IMG/VR virus record: IMGVR_UViG_3300030389_002306
Span: 1 to 64,000 of that record
From: an uncultured virus (IMG/VR IMGVR_UViG_3300030389_002306)
Lineage: Duplodnaviria > Heunggongvirae > Uroviricota > Caudoviricetes
DNA: 64,000 bases
Reading direction: 5' to 3' (one strand)
In this document: positions 51,330-60,008 of the stretch, in pieces
Numbering within the stretch: position 1 is the first letter of the stretch
Layout: every line of letters begins with the position of its first letter
Translations under genes and position numbers: made by a program
Notes under the pieces: generated by a model
The model's database searches: none
What the model saw: the letters and a program-made list of their open reading frames with translations, nothing else
What the model was told of the DNA's origin: nothing

Positions 51330-53149
51330 TATCTAATTAATTTTGGTACTCCGTTTCTGTCTAACTTATAATACTTAAAACCTATGTCCGCTTCTTCTGC
51401 CTGCACCTCTTTTGCTTGTATTCTATAATTATCTACATTATGAATCAAACATAAACCAAACGCAATAGCTCGGTCTGTGTTTCTGGTTCCATAATTTGCT
51501 AGTTCATCTATCAAATCTAAAAACCAAATATCCTCAGCATTCTCTCTAATGTAATCATCCATTAAATCCTCCATTAAAGATTTTACCTGTTTATTCATAT
51601 GCACCCCATACCTGTTCCTAGTTTTAGTTCCAGGATTATGCGCAGACTCAGGTTTTTCTTTTAAATACTTCAAAGCATTCATTCTTTTAAAATAATCAAG
51701 AATGCCTATTTTAGTATATTCCACTAACATTTTAGCATTATAATACATAGCTAATTTCAAACAACCATCCCAAAAATCTTCTTTTTTTTCTGGTCTATCT
51801 GTGTATTCCGCTACGACATAATCACTAGCATATTCCGTGTTTACAAATCTACGATAAATTATTGCACTTCCCAAAGAGTCTGATGCACCTGCTTTATCTT
51901 GATCATATGAGTCAATACCACCTATATCTAAATCTTTATATTCTGGTGCTGGATGTTCTAAAATTTTATATGGACCATCAGGATGTGGTCGCCATCTTAC
52001 CATAAAGTTTTCTTCATTATCAAAATCCCAATCCAAGTATCCTGACTGCACTTGACTTCTATAATCTTTGCTAGCTAGTATTCTAGATCTTTGTGCATTT
52101 AATAAAGAGTTATTAAATCTAGCTGTCTTAGTGTTTAAAAATGCTTCTTGTATAGTTAACGGATAGTTTTGTATATGCAGGTTATATGCATCTCTATCAC
52201 CTGAGTTTGTTATTGTTTCTCTTTCTTCTAACAATACTGACTCTGCTTCTTTAACTTTTTCTTCGCCTGTGCTAATATCAAAGTATCCGTAATATGCTCT
52301 TGAAGCTGGAATAAACATAGGTATAAGATTATAAGCTTCTGCTTCATAATACATATCCATAAAGTCTTTTGATGCTTTACTTATATCACCACCTGTACCA
52401 CCTACAACAGGAACTCCAAATTGTAAGTTACCATCCATAAAACATGCTTTGGATGACATATATGCATTTTTTAAATGTTTAAACTCACCAGCCTCTTCAA
52501 ATACCATAAGCGACACACGCTCACCTTTAAATACTTCTGGATTATCCATTGTTCTGCATATTACTGTAGATTGATATCCACCAACCTCCCACTTACCATC
52601 TTTGTTCTTTTGTTTATATCCAGAACGAAGTATACCATCTGTATCTTTTAGTATAGAATGTTTAAAGTTAGGATGCAATCCATTCAATCCTTTTTTGGTT
52701 TTGTCAAAAAATGCATCAGCTGTAGCTTGTAAACCTGCAGCTATACCTACATCATTAAACGGAAAGAATGTATATTCGTGTGCTATCATACCAGAGTTCA
52801 TGTAACTAAACCCTTTGTCCCTAGCTTTAATAACAATCATACCCTTACCTTCATCTTTGCAAGTTTGAAACAAATCAAAGTATTCATGGTCCATCTGTCT
52901 ATACCAAGGACTAATTAAAGTTTTACGAGATCCTTTAGTACCATCATTACCAAGTATTTTATAGTAGTTAAGATAAAAGTAATACTTGCCAGAAATTTTT
53001 TTCATTCCCTTTGGCTTGAATCCATTAATGCATCTATGAAGCTCTTGCTCCCAATATTCTTGATAAGCTACTGACTCAGGATTTAAATCAGGATGTCCAT
53101 TGTTTACAACAGGTCTATATCTTTGTGGATCTTGTTTTGCTTTTGGCAT
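51329..53149 (-). CDS. terL: Terminase large subunit
   Basis: YYFYLNY, KARDKGFS, FEEAG, GGTGG, GGIDSYD, NTDRAIA. Confidence 0.92.
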   Translation of the reverse strand: MPKAKQDPQRYRPVVNNGHPDLNPESVAYQEYWEQELHRCINGFKPKGMKKISGKYYFYLNYYKILGNDGTKGSRKTLISPWYRQMDHEYFDLFQTCKDEGKGMIVIKARDKGFSYMNSGMIAHEYTFFPFNDVGIAAGLQATADAFFDKTKKGLNGLHPNFKHSILKDTDGILRSGYKQKNKDGKWEVGGYQSTVICRTMDNPEVFKGERVSLMVFEEAGEFKHLKNAYMSSKACFMDGNLQFGVPVVGGTGGDISKASKDFMDMYYEAEAYNLIPMFIPASRAYYGYFDISTGEEKVKEAESVLLEERETITNSGDRDAYNLHIQNYPLTIQEAFLNTKTARFNNSLLNAQRSRILASKDYRSQVQSGYLDWDFDNEENFMVRWRPHPDGPYKILEHPAPEYKDLDIGGIDSYDQDKAGASDSLGSAIIYRRFVNTEYASDYVVAEYTDRPEKKEDFWDGCLKLAMYYNAKMLVEYTKIGILDYFKRMNALKYLKEKPESAHNPGTKTRNRYGVHMNKQVKSLMEDLMDDYIRENAEDIWFLDLIDELANYGTRNTDRAIAFGLCLIHNVDNYRIQAKEVQAEEADIGFKYYKLDRNGVPKLIR

Positions 53150-53869
53150 TTATCTTAATGTTAATGTTGCAGCTCTTGTTACGCCATCATTACATGTTAC
53201 AAGAATATTTAAACTATAGCCAGTTTTTGGAGTGCCTTTGACATCAAACACCATAGATGTGTTAGCTGTTATTAATCCTTGACTTACTTTAGCTGTATTA
53301 GCTGTTATGGCATTAGCCTGTGCTGTTGTTATGGTTGTAGTATCACCTTCTAATGCTTTGCCTGAAGTTGTTCCAAAACCAGGGAATGTAGCTTTAGCTG
53401 TATTAGCACTTATAGCGCTAGCTTGTGAACTCGATATTGTTGTTGTGTTACCTCTTAAGGCAGTATTAGAGCTATTTCCAAAGCCAGGAAAAGATTGAAA
53501 ATTTCCTATCGCATTATCTAATCTTTGTAGTTCAATTATTAAAGCTGCTATATTTGTAGCATTAGTATTGATAGCATTTACTTGAGATTGACTAGCTCCT
53601 ACTGTATCATCAGAGCTATTAGTAGCAGATAGCACAAGCATAGTAAGTATAGATCTAAGATTTTCTAAATCTATTTCCTTATCATATGATTGTCTTCTAC
53701 CTGAATAAAAAGTAGTTTGAAATAAGTCTTCAATAGCGTCTAAAAGCTCTGCTCTAGTTCTTTTATCGTCATCACCTGGCTCAACTTTAGTAAGGGTAAC
53801 TCTAGGGACTTTAATTCTATGCGCACTTCTTACTGTGCTACTTTTATAATCTTTTTTGAAATTAGCCAT
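53150..53869 (-). CDS. Fibre-like protein with internal repeats
   Basis: Two FPGFG..AL.G.TTTI...AI.ANTAK repeats after a coiled coil. Confidence 0.55.
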   Translation of the reverse strand: MANFKKDYKSSTVRSAHRIKVPRVTLTKVEPGDDDKRTRAELLDAIEDLFQTTFYSGRRQSYDKEIDLENLRSILTMLVLSATNSSDDTVGASQSQVNAINTNATNIAALIIELQRLDNAIGNFQSFPGFGNSSNTALRGNTTTISSSQASAISANTAKATFPGFGTTSGKALEGDTTTITTAQANAITANTAKVSQGLITANTSMVFDVKGTPKTGYSLNILVTCNDGVTRAATLTLR

Positions 53870-54089
53870 ACTTCTGCTTTTTATACCCTGCTATTTTACC
53901 TAAGCCAAAAGGATCGCGTGGATCTTCTTTGGCTTCTAACTTAGCATGATACTCTTCGTCTAAGTTCACACCGTGAATAGACTGAGAGTACCTGCTTAGT
54001 TCCTTTGCCTTTTTAAAGTCACCTTCTTTATATAATTTATTAAATCTATATCGAAGGTTTTGTAACTTTGGTGGCTGTTTTTTAGCCAT
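53862..54089 (-). CDS. Hypothetical protein
   Basis: Coupled ORF. Confidence 0.55.
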   Translation of the reverse strand: MAKKQPPKLQNLRYRFNKLYKEGDFKKAKELSRYSQSIHGVNLDEEYHAKLEAKEDPRDPFGLGKIAGYKKQKYG

Positions 54090-54454
54090 TAGTCATGCTG
54101 CATTCTGCCGCCTCCAGGATACATAGATCCTTTCTTCATCTTCATGCCATGTCCAGCTTTCTTCATTTTACCACCGTACATCATGGAATCTTTCATCTTA
54201 CCGCCTTTCATCATCTTCTTCATCATTTTTCCACCGTACATAAAATCTTCGTCAGCTTTCATCATACCACCCATAGCCATAAAGCCCATTTTATTTCGTA
54301 CATCTGTAGGCAATTTAGCTAGACCAGGATTGTCTTTTTTGTTTACTGGCTTTAGCTTTCCACCCATAGCCATTTGTTGCTTAGGCATGTTAGCGTTAGG
54401 CTTCTTTTTGAAGTGACCACCGCCAGGATACATTGATTTTTTTTTCTTTTTCAT
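54089..54454 (-). CDS. Met/Lys/Gly-rich repeat protein, ends QHD
   Basis: Repeated MxxGG units. Confidence 0.65.
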   Translation of the reverse strand: MKKKKKSMYPGGGHFKKKPNANMPKQQMAMGGKLKPVNKKDNPGLAKLPTDVRNKMGFMAMGGMMKADEDFMYGGKMMKKMMKGGKMKDSMMYGGKMKKAGHGMKMKKGSMYPGGGRMQHD

Positions 54455-54471
54455 TTTAATTAAAATTATTA

Positions 54472-55008
54472 TTACGTAATATTTTCTTGAATATCTTTTT
54501 TGTTTTCAAGAAATGATAACTTTTTATTCCCAACTATTTTCTGACGCTCTCCGCGTCTTTCGATTGCATCAACAAGAGTTTGTCTTGTCTTATATATTTT
54601 TTCGATCCCTATCATTATCTTTTGCAGTCCTTCTGCAGTATCTTCGTTTATGTGCATATTGTTCATATACTCAGTAAACTGACTGATCTTAGTATTAAAA
54701 GCAATTAGCTGCTCATCCAACGGATCAAACTGTAATTGCTTATACTTATCTATAGCAGCTAAAATCTCTGGTCTTTTTTCACCATACCATTCATACTTGC
54801 CGTATAAGTCTCTACTAACAGCCTTTTTTCTTTCTGATTCAGTAAAATGTCTGTAAGGACTATCGTAATCACAGACTAGGGCTACCCACTTTAGTGCAAC
54901 AGCCCCTAACTTATCAGCTTTTAATACGCTTACAAACTCAGGTACCCCCGTTACTCCATCATCCTGTTTGTATACGTCCCCCTGTCTATCTAACTTTAAT
55001 AGATACAT
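54472..55008 (-). CDS. Putative terminase small subunit
   Basis: DYDSPY motif, helical C-terminus, upstream of TerL. Confidence 0.45.
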   Translation of the reverse strand: MYLLKLDRQGDVYKQDDGVTGVPEFVSVLKADKLGAVALKWVALVCDYDSPYRHFTESERKKAVSRDLYGKYEWYGEKRPEILAAIDKYKQLQFDPLDEQLIAFNTKISQFTEYMNNMHINEDTAEGLQKIMIGIEKIYKTRQTLVDAIERRGERQKIVGNKKLSFLENKKDIQENIT

Positions 55009-55012
55009 TGTA

Positions 55013-55020
55013 CAAAAATA
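55013..55020 (-). promoter_or_regulatory. -7 promoter element 4 nt before ATG
   Basis: TATTTTTG-TACA-ATG. Confidence 0.6.
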
Positions 55021-55022
55021 TA

Positions 55023-55304
55023 CTAATCTCCCCTATATTCCAAATCGTACTTAACCATCCAAATATATTCTGGACCATTAGGCTCTGTTATCCCTTTCCA
55101 ATCAGCCATTCTTAAGTATCTATCGTTTTTCATATTGTATATTTTTCTCTCTACAATAACAAAGTCCATATTAAATATTTCATTTATTAAATAAGACTCA
55201 TCATCAAACAATAGATCTAATCCATTGTAATATTTTTCTAATACAAAGCTGTTTTCTGCAACAACAAACACCTTTCCAAATTCGTTTGAAAACTCTCCAA
55301 TCAT
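55023..55304 (-). CDS. Hypothetical protein
   Basis: ORF preceded by TATATTTG-TAACT-ATG. Confidence 0.55.
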   Translation of the reverse strand: MIGEFSNEFGKVFVVAENSFVLEKYYNGLDLLFDDESYLINEIFNMDFVIVERKIYNMKNDRYLRMADWKGITEPNGPEYIWMVKYDLEYRGD

Positions 55305-55384
55305 AGTTACAAATATATGGGGATAATAATTAATAAAGGGAGCGAAGCGACCGTTTTTTTTATACTAAAATCAAAAAGATTTTA

Positions 55385-55963
55385 TTATTTTATAAACATA
55401 TCGTAGCCAGTCATAAATCTTCTCCTAGCCTTGTCTACAGATCCATACTTTTTCGCTCCACCTTTATTATATTCTTTCATATAGTATTGAAATAAAGCTT
55501 CTGGATTGTTAGCAGGTAGAGCCTTAGGGGATAAGCCATATATCTGTCTAGCTACAGCTACAGAAGCTAATGGATCGTCAGATTGTAATAAGCCGCTTAG
55601 ACCAAGCATGTCTGACGGAAGCCCCATCTCTCTATATCTATCAGCATATTTCTGTCTAGTGTCTGTATCTCTTTCAAATATAGTATTAAAGGCATCATCA
55701 TCTATAGACATAAAAGAACGAGTGTAATCTCTACCAAAAGCTGTAGTATCAGCCCCCATACTATTCTCCATATAGGAAGTCATAGTAAGTAAGTTTCTTA
55801 ATGTTTGTTGAGATTCTGGAGCTTCATAAGATACCACTTCTTCTATAGCATCAAATATCTCATTTTGTGTGCTTCCTGGTCCGCTAAGCATACCCTGAAC
55901 CATTTCAGACATGTACTTTCCTGCATCTTCTGGTGAATCTATATGATATGGATTATGTGGCAT
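55385..55963 (-). CDS. Lysozyme/transglycosylase-like phage protein
   Basis: LLTMTSYMENSMG...ASVAVARQIY...LPA...YYMKEYN pattern; start reassigned to 55963 (TACATTTG-CACT-ATG). Confidence 0.45.
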   Translation of the reverse strand: MPHNPYHIDSPEDAGKYMSEMVQGMLSGPGSTQNEIFDAIEEVVSYEAPESQQTLRNLLTMTSYMENSMGADTTAFGRDYTRSFMSIDDDAFNTIFERDTDTRQKYADRYREMGLPSDMLGLSGLLQSDDPLASVAVARQIYGLSPKALPANNPEALFQYYMKEYNKGGAKKYGSVDKARRRFMTGYDMFIK

Positions 55964-56152
55964 AGTGCAAATGTACAAAAAATATGTGTAGTTGTAAGAA
56001 AGGGATACTTTCTGCTAATATACCCCCTGCCCTGTCCATATTTTTTATACCCCACTAACCTATATTGGACTATACGTCAGCATTTTTGCGTAATACCTGC
56101 ACGCAAGCGTGCTGCTAACAACTAATCAAAGCAGGTTAATACTTATATTATT

Positions 56153-56479
56153 ATGTCATTATTAAAATCATTAACAGGTTTAGCTAAAGCAACAGTACAA
56201 TTAGCTAAAGAAGACAAGGAGTTCCGTAAAGAAGCTGCTATTGCTGTAGCAACATTCCCTATTTTTACTGCTCAAGTTACAATAAGTGCTATAGATGTAG
56301 CAGTAGGCGCTACTAAAAACGTAGCAAGAGCTGCTGGTAAAATAGATGATATGTATAAAGATAGGTTTGAAGTAAAAAGTAAGTTCGATACCTATGTTGA
56401 TAAGCAAATGCGTAACAACGAAGCAATGTCAGAGAACGTAAAGGTAGCTGAAGAGCTACTTAAAACTATGTCTCTATAA
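56153..56479 (+). CDS. First gene of the divergent early-type block, hypothetical
   Basis: ORF with AT-rich leader. Confidence 0.6.
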   Translation: MSLLKSLTGLAKATVQLAKEDKEFRKEAAIAVATFPIFTAQVTISAIDVAVGATKNVARAAGKIDDMYKDRFEVKSKFDTYVDKQMRNNEAMSENVKVAEELLKTMSL

Positions 56480-56683
56480 TTTAATCTATTGATTATCAGT
56501 TACTTAAGCGGAAACACCTTGAAATTGTGCGCTATAGTGTTTAGATTATTTATTTAAGTAACTAAGTAAGTTGGACTTGAAGTCAGGTTGGTTTGTTATT
56601 GTTTCCTTTATAATAGTAACATTCCAATTTGGCCTCAAAGTTCGGCTTTTTTTTTAACAAAGTCAAATCAAAAATTAGAAATT

Positions 56684-56773
56684 ATGTCAACTTTTAGAAA
56701 TATTAAAGTAAAGCGTCAAGTAAAAAAACAAAAAGCTAACGCTTATAGAAATATCAATGGTAAAAAATACTAA
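56684..56773 (+). CDS. 29-aa basic peptide
   Basis: MSTFRNIKVKRQVKKQKANAYRNINGKKY with an A-rich leader. Confidence 0.45.
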   Translation: MSTFRNIKVKRQVKKQKANAYRNINGKKY

Positions 56774-56783
56774 CACCATAACT

Positions 56784-56828
56784 AACCTATATTGGATTTA
56801 AGCAGGGTTCGATTCCCTGCATAGGTTC
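56784..56828 (+). ncRNA. Minimal tRNA-like element (acceptor-like stem plus T-arm)
   Basis: AACCTAT/ATAGGTT stem enclosing GCAGGG-TTCGATT-CCCTGC. Confidence 0.5.
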
Positions 56829-56884
56829 TAACCTCCCCAAACACGGTTCGGGCATCAACAATAGATGAATAGCGTGTAAATACT

Positions 56885-57337
56885 ATGAACTCAATGAAAG
56901 TTCGAAACTATTTGCTGAACGATAGAACAGCAATGGAAACTGAAGGTATAACTCTTGAATACCTAAAAGCTGCTACCAACGATAAAGAGTGGCACGAATT
57001 ATTATTATCTGACAAGTATGACAAGCTACTTGAAGTATTAAAGGTTAATCCTTACGAAAGAGCCCATCAAGCATTTCGTAGAGAGTGGTCTCACGAAATT
57101 ATCAAGCACGTTGATAAAGTAAACCTAAAGGTTACTATGCTTGACGGACGAACTCATAACACTATATACTTTGGTGGTAGCTTTCTAAAAATGCAGAAGT
57201 GGGTAGATAAGCTCAATTCTACATATAACAAGCGTAAGCGTCAGTTTATCAAAGAATATCTTGCACAGTTCAAGAAGAAACAAGTCAATAACTACCAGCT
57301 TGCTATGAACAAGCTTGGTGACTTTATCAAGAAGTAA
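56885..57337 (+). CDS. Hypothetical early protein
   Basis: 150-aa ORF. Confidence 0.65.
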   Translation: MNSMKVRNYLLNDRTAMETEGITLEYLKAATNDKEWHELLLSDKYDKLLEVLKVNPYERAHQAFRREWSHEIIKHVDKVNLKVTMLDGRTHNTIYFGGSFLKMQKWVDKLNSTYNKRKRQFIKEYLAQFKKKQVNNYQLAMNKLGDFIKK

Positions 57338-57356
57338 TGTTTACTTACATCTGGTT

Positions 57357-57389
57357 GGGCATAGTGGTGTTTTACTGCTATGCCCTTTA
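57357..57389 (+). terminator. Hairpin, possible terminator
   Basis: GGGCATAGTGGT-GTTTT-ACTGCTATGCCC-TTTA. Confidence 0.5.
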
Positions 57390-57400
57390 TGATTATCATT

Positions 57401-57709
57401 ATGGGAAAGACTGTAAAAGATAGAGTGTACAATATACTTGTAAACGACACGGATAATAAATACCGTGATGACGACCAACGATTAGTTGCTCGAATAATAT
57501 GGGAATGTATAGAGAACAAGAACATGTCTGCACAACAGCTGCTAGAAAATATGTTCTTGCATAAAATATATCCCAAACCCAAATCAATAGAACGCTGTTC
57601 GCGTGCATTGCAAAATGAATATCCTGGACTGCGTGGAAAAAAATGGGTAGACAGACAAGCTAAGTCTGAAATAATAAGAACTAATATTACTAAAGCATTT
57701 GAATTATGA
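57401..57709 (+). CDS. Hypothetical protein
   Basis: RDDDQRLVARI.W...SIERCSRALQNEYPGLRG; likely start MGKT at 57401. Confidence 0.65.
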   Translation: MGKTVKDRVYNILVNDTDNKYRDDDQRLVARIIWECIENKNMSAQQLLENMFLHKIYPKPKSIERCSRALQNEYPGLRGKKWVDRQAKSEIIRTNITKAFEL

Positions 57710-58161
57710 ATAAAAAATCAGAAATATTTCCGTTAGGCGTTAGTTGGAAACAACACGTAGATAAACAACAATATTTATTCAGAAGGATAGAGTCACTTGA
57801 AACAAAAAATGTGGAATACCTTCAAGACTTGCGAGAATCTTATCGTAGCACAGATAAATATATATCTGAAAACATCAAATTAAAAGATGAAATAAATGAA
57901 TTGTTATTACGTAATGAAAAATTACGAGAAATATGTACATCACTTGAGGTACAAATTGATGATATTAATACTATAGTAAAAAACGAGATGGGCTATCAAA
58001 TAGACTCAGATGAGTTTAGTAAAGCTTTTGATAGACTACAAGAAAAAGGAGGGTTTCCATATGATGCTGCATCTAGACAAGCAGAGCTTGACAAAGAAAA
58101 TGAACAAGCAGTTCGTAATGCAGAAGATCCTAATTATCCAACTAGAGATGAACTTATATAA
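57706..58161 (+). CDS. Coiled-coil hypothetical protein
   Basis: ATGA-coupled ORF. Confidence 0.6.
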   Translation: MNKKSEIFPLGVSWKQHVDKQQYLFRRIESLETKNVEYLQDLRESYRSTDKYISENIKLKDEINELLLRNEKLREICTSLEVQIDDINTIVKNEMGYQIDSDEFSKAFDRLQEKGGFPYDAASRQAELDKENEQAVRNAEDPNYPTRDELI

Positions 58162-58176
58162 CTAATAAATAAAATT

Positions 58177-58377
58177 ATGAAAAATAGAAGCTTAATAGAC
58201 GAAGGTATCGATGCAATATTCGACCTCGATCAAATAGTTAAACACATAGATGAAAGGCTCGAAGAGCTACGCAAAGACATAGAAACCTATGTAGGCGACG
58301 TCTATGATCCTACGGTCATAGCTCGATATGACGAACTAACCCGAATCAAACATTTAATTAATAAACTAAATCAATAA
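58177..58377 (+). CDS. Hypothetical protein
   Basis: ORF with A-rich leader. Confidence 0.55.
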   Translation: MKNRSLIDEGIDAIFDLDQIVKHIDERLEELRKDIETYVGDVYDPTVIARYDELTRIKHLINKLNQ

Positions 58378-58380
58378 ATT

Positions 58381-58605
58381 ATGAATATCATTTGGATGAG
58401 TGCAGCTAGCGCTGCTGGTTTTTACTTAATATTACGTAAAGTAATGTCAAGACAAACGTTTTTAAAAACAAACGTATTATGGGATGTGCTGCTTACGCTA
58501 GGACTACCACTATTATTCTTGGGTACATTCTCAGGTATGATTACAGCTATCTTAACAGGGCTGATATTTACTATAGGCACAGGTTTGCTTAAAAAAATCC
58601 AATAA
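58381..58605 (+). CDS. Small membrane protein
   Basis: Two to three hydrophobic segments. Confidence 0.6.
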   Translation: MNIIWMSAASAAGFYLILRKVMSRQTFLKTNVLWDVLLTLGLPLLFLGTFSGMITAILTGLIFTIGTGLLKKIQ

Positions 58606-58631
58606 TCTTTAATCAATAAAATTTTAATATT

Positions 58632-58994
58632 ATGAACTTAATCAGAGGTAAATTTCAATCGTTTCAAAACAACGGTAAAACTAAAATCAACTGTCTAGTA
58701 TCTTTAAAAGAACTAGAAAAAATGGCTGGTGGAACTGGCTATGTAGCATTTACTATCATTCCACAGAATGAAGAGTTTATGCAAAACGCTGAACACATTA
58801 AAAAGTATGGTAATCACTATGCAATTAAAAACACTCAGTATAATATTAAACTTGGATATGCTATGCAAAAAGCTAAAGAGCTTGCTGAGAAAACTATTAT
58901 GGAGCCTGAGATTGCTGAAAAAGAAGCTGAAGCTACATTTTCGCAAGAACAGTTAGAAGACATATATGTTAATAATAAATATGACCATAGATAA
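58632..58994 (+). CDS. Hypothetical protein
   Basis: ORF in the + block. Confidence 0.6.
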   Translation: MNLIRGKFQSFQNNGKTKINCLVSLKELEKMAGGTGYVAFTIIPQNEEFMQNAEHIKKYGNHYAIKNTQYNIKLGYAMQKAKELAEKTIMEPEIAEKEAEATFSQEQLEDIYVNNKYDHR

Positions 58995-59220
58995 TATGAT
59001 AGATAATATGAAAAAGCAAAACGGTAGTATACACTACAACTATTGCGATAAAGTAATTAGATCTTGTAAAACACAAGAACAATTAAACGATGCAAGAAAT
59101 TTAGTAGATAATTTCTTGAAACTACACGGTGAAAAAAGTATGCATGAATGGATGCTTTTGATGAACCAACTACTTAACAGAGAAATGTTTTTGAACTATG
59201 CGTCAAAAGATTCTGAATAA
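58981..59220 (+). CDS. Hypothetical protein
   Basis: KVIRSCKTQEQL motif; start uncertain. Confidence 0.55.
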   Translation: MTIDNMIDNMKKQNGSIHYNYCDKVIRSCKTQEQLNDARNLVDNFLKLHGEKSMHEWMLLMNQLLNREMFLNYASKDSE

Positions 59221-59347
59221 TCTTCGTAACATCCAACGTTCAGTAGAACAGTTTGATGAAAATAGATTTAAGCGCAACCTTGGTCATGCCAGGGTTGAAC
59301 TTAAATATAGATATAATAAATTTATAGAAAAATTAAAAATTAAATAA
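59198..59347 (+). CDS. 49-aa basic protein (not in the ORF track)
   Basis: MRQKILNNLRNIQRSVEQF...KLKIK fills the gap. Confidence 0.45.
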   Translation: MRQKILNNLRNIQRSVEQFDENRFKRNLGHARVELKYRYNKFIEKLKIK

Positions 59348-59379
59348 AATTGTATAGAAAAAGAAGAAAATTAAATAAT

Positions 59380-59775
59380 ATGGGACTAGATCACGGATTG
59401 ATTGCCTACAAAGGCAGAAATAAAAAACAGATAGATTTTAAATACAATCCATCTGAAGAAATAACTATAGTAACTTGGCGTAAACATCCATACCTGCACG
59501 GCTGGTTTGATGATTTGTACGAAGAAAAAGGCGGTAACGCCTATGATAACGATAGTTTTGGTGGATTTAATGCTGGGCATAACTTAGAAGTTACACATGA
59601 AGATTTACTTGAACTACAAACCAGAGTACTAACAGGCACTTTGCAACCCAGAAGTGGTTTCTTTTGGGGTGATGATGCCTGTGAATACTATAAAGAACAA
59701 GATTTGGATGCTATTTATGAAGCTATGAACTACATAAAAGATGGCTACAAAATCAAATATTGGGCTTGGTGGTAA
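59380..59775 (+). CDS. Conserved-type phage protein (MGLD...WRKH..LHGWF...GFFWG)
   Basis: Motif pattern; likely start MGLD at 59380. Confidence 0.65.
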   Translation: MGLDHGLIAYKGRNKKQIDFKYNPSEEITIVTWRKHPYLHGWFDDLYEEKGGNAYDNDSFGGFNAGHNLEVTHEDLLELQTRVLTGTLQPRSGFFWGDDACEYYKEQDLDAIYEAMNYIKDGYKIKYWAWW

Positions 59776-60008
59776 TGAGTTACGATAGATGGAAACTTTC
59801 TAATCCACAAGATGACGGCTGGACCTCTGACGAGGTTACCAGCTGTTGTGGTGCAGAAGAACGCGTAAAAGAAAATTTATGCGATGATAGACAAATATTC
59901 TATTGCAACGAATGCGGTGAAGATAATAACTGGTATGAGTTAATAGAAAGATGGGAATATGATGAGCGCAAACGAGAGGACGCGCAAGAATATAATAAAG
60001 ATGAATGA
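59775..60008 (+). CDS. Small zinc-binding hypothetical protein
   Basis: SYDRWKL, SCCGA, CNECGE. Confidence 0.55.
   Translation: MSYDRWKLSNPQDDGWTSDEVTSCCGAEERVKENLCDDRQIFYCNECGEDNNWYELIERWEYDERKREDAQEYNKDE

Noticed and set aside
51329..53149. Intein or intron in TerL (also considered for portal and MCP)
   Set aside because: Lengths are ordinary, frames are continuous and no splicing or homing motifs were seen
5284..54416. Numerous plus-strand ORFs inside the late region
   Set aside because: They are antisense shadows of long minus-strand genes with no recognisable motifs
56784..56828. Canonical tRNA gene
   Set aside because: No room for D and anticodon arms; kept only as a tRNA-like element
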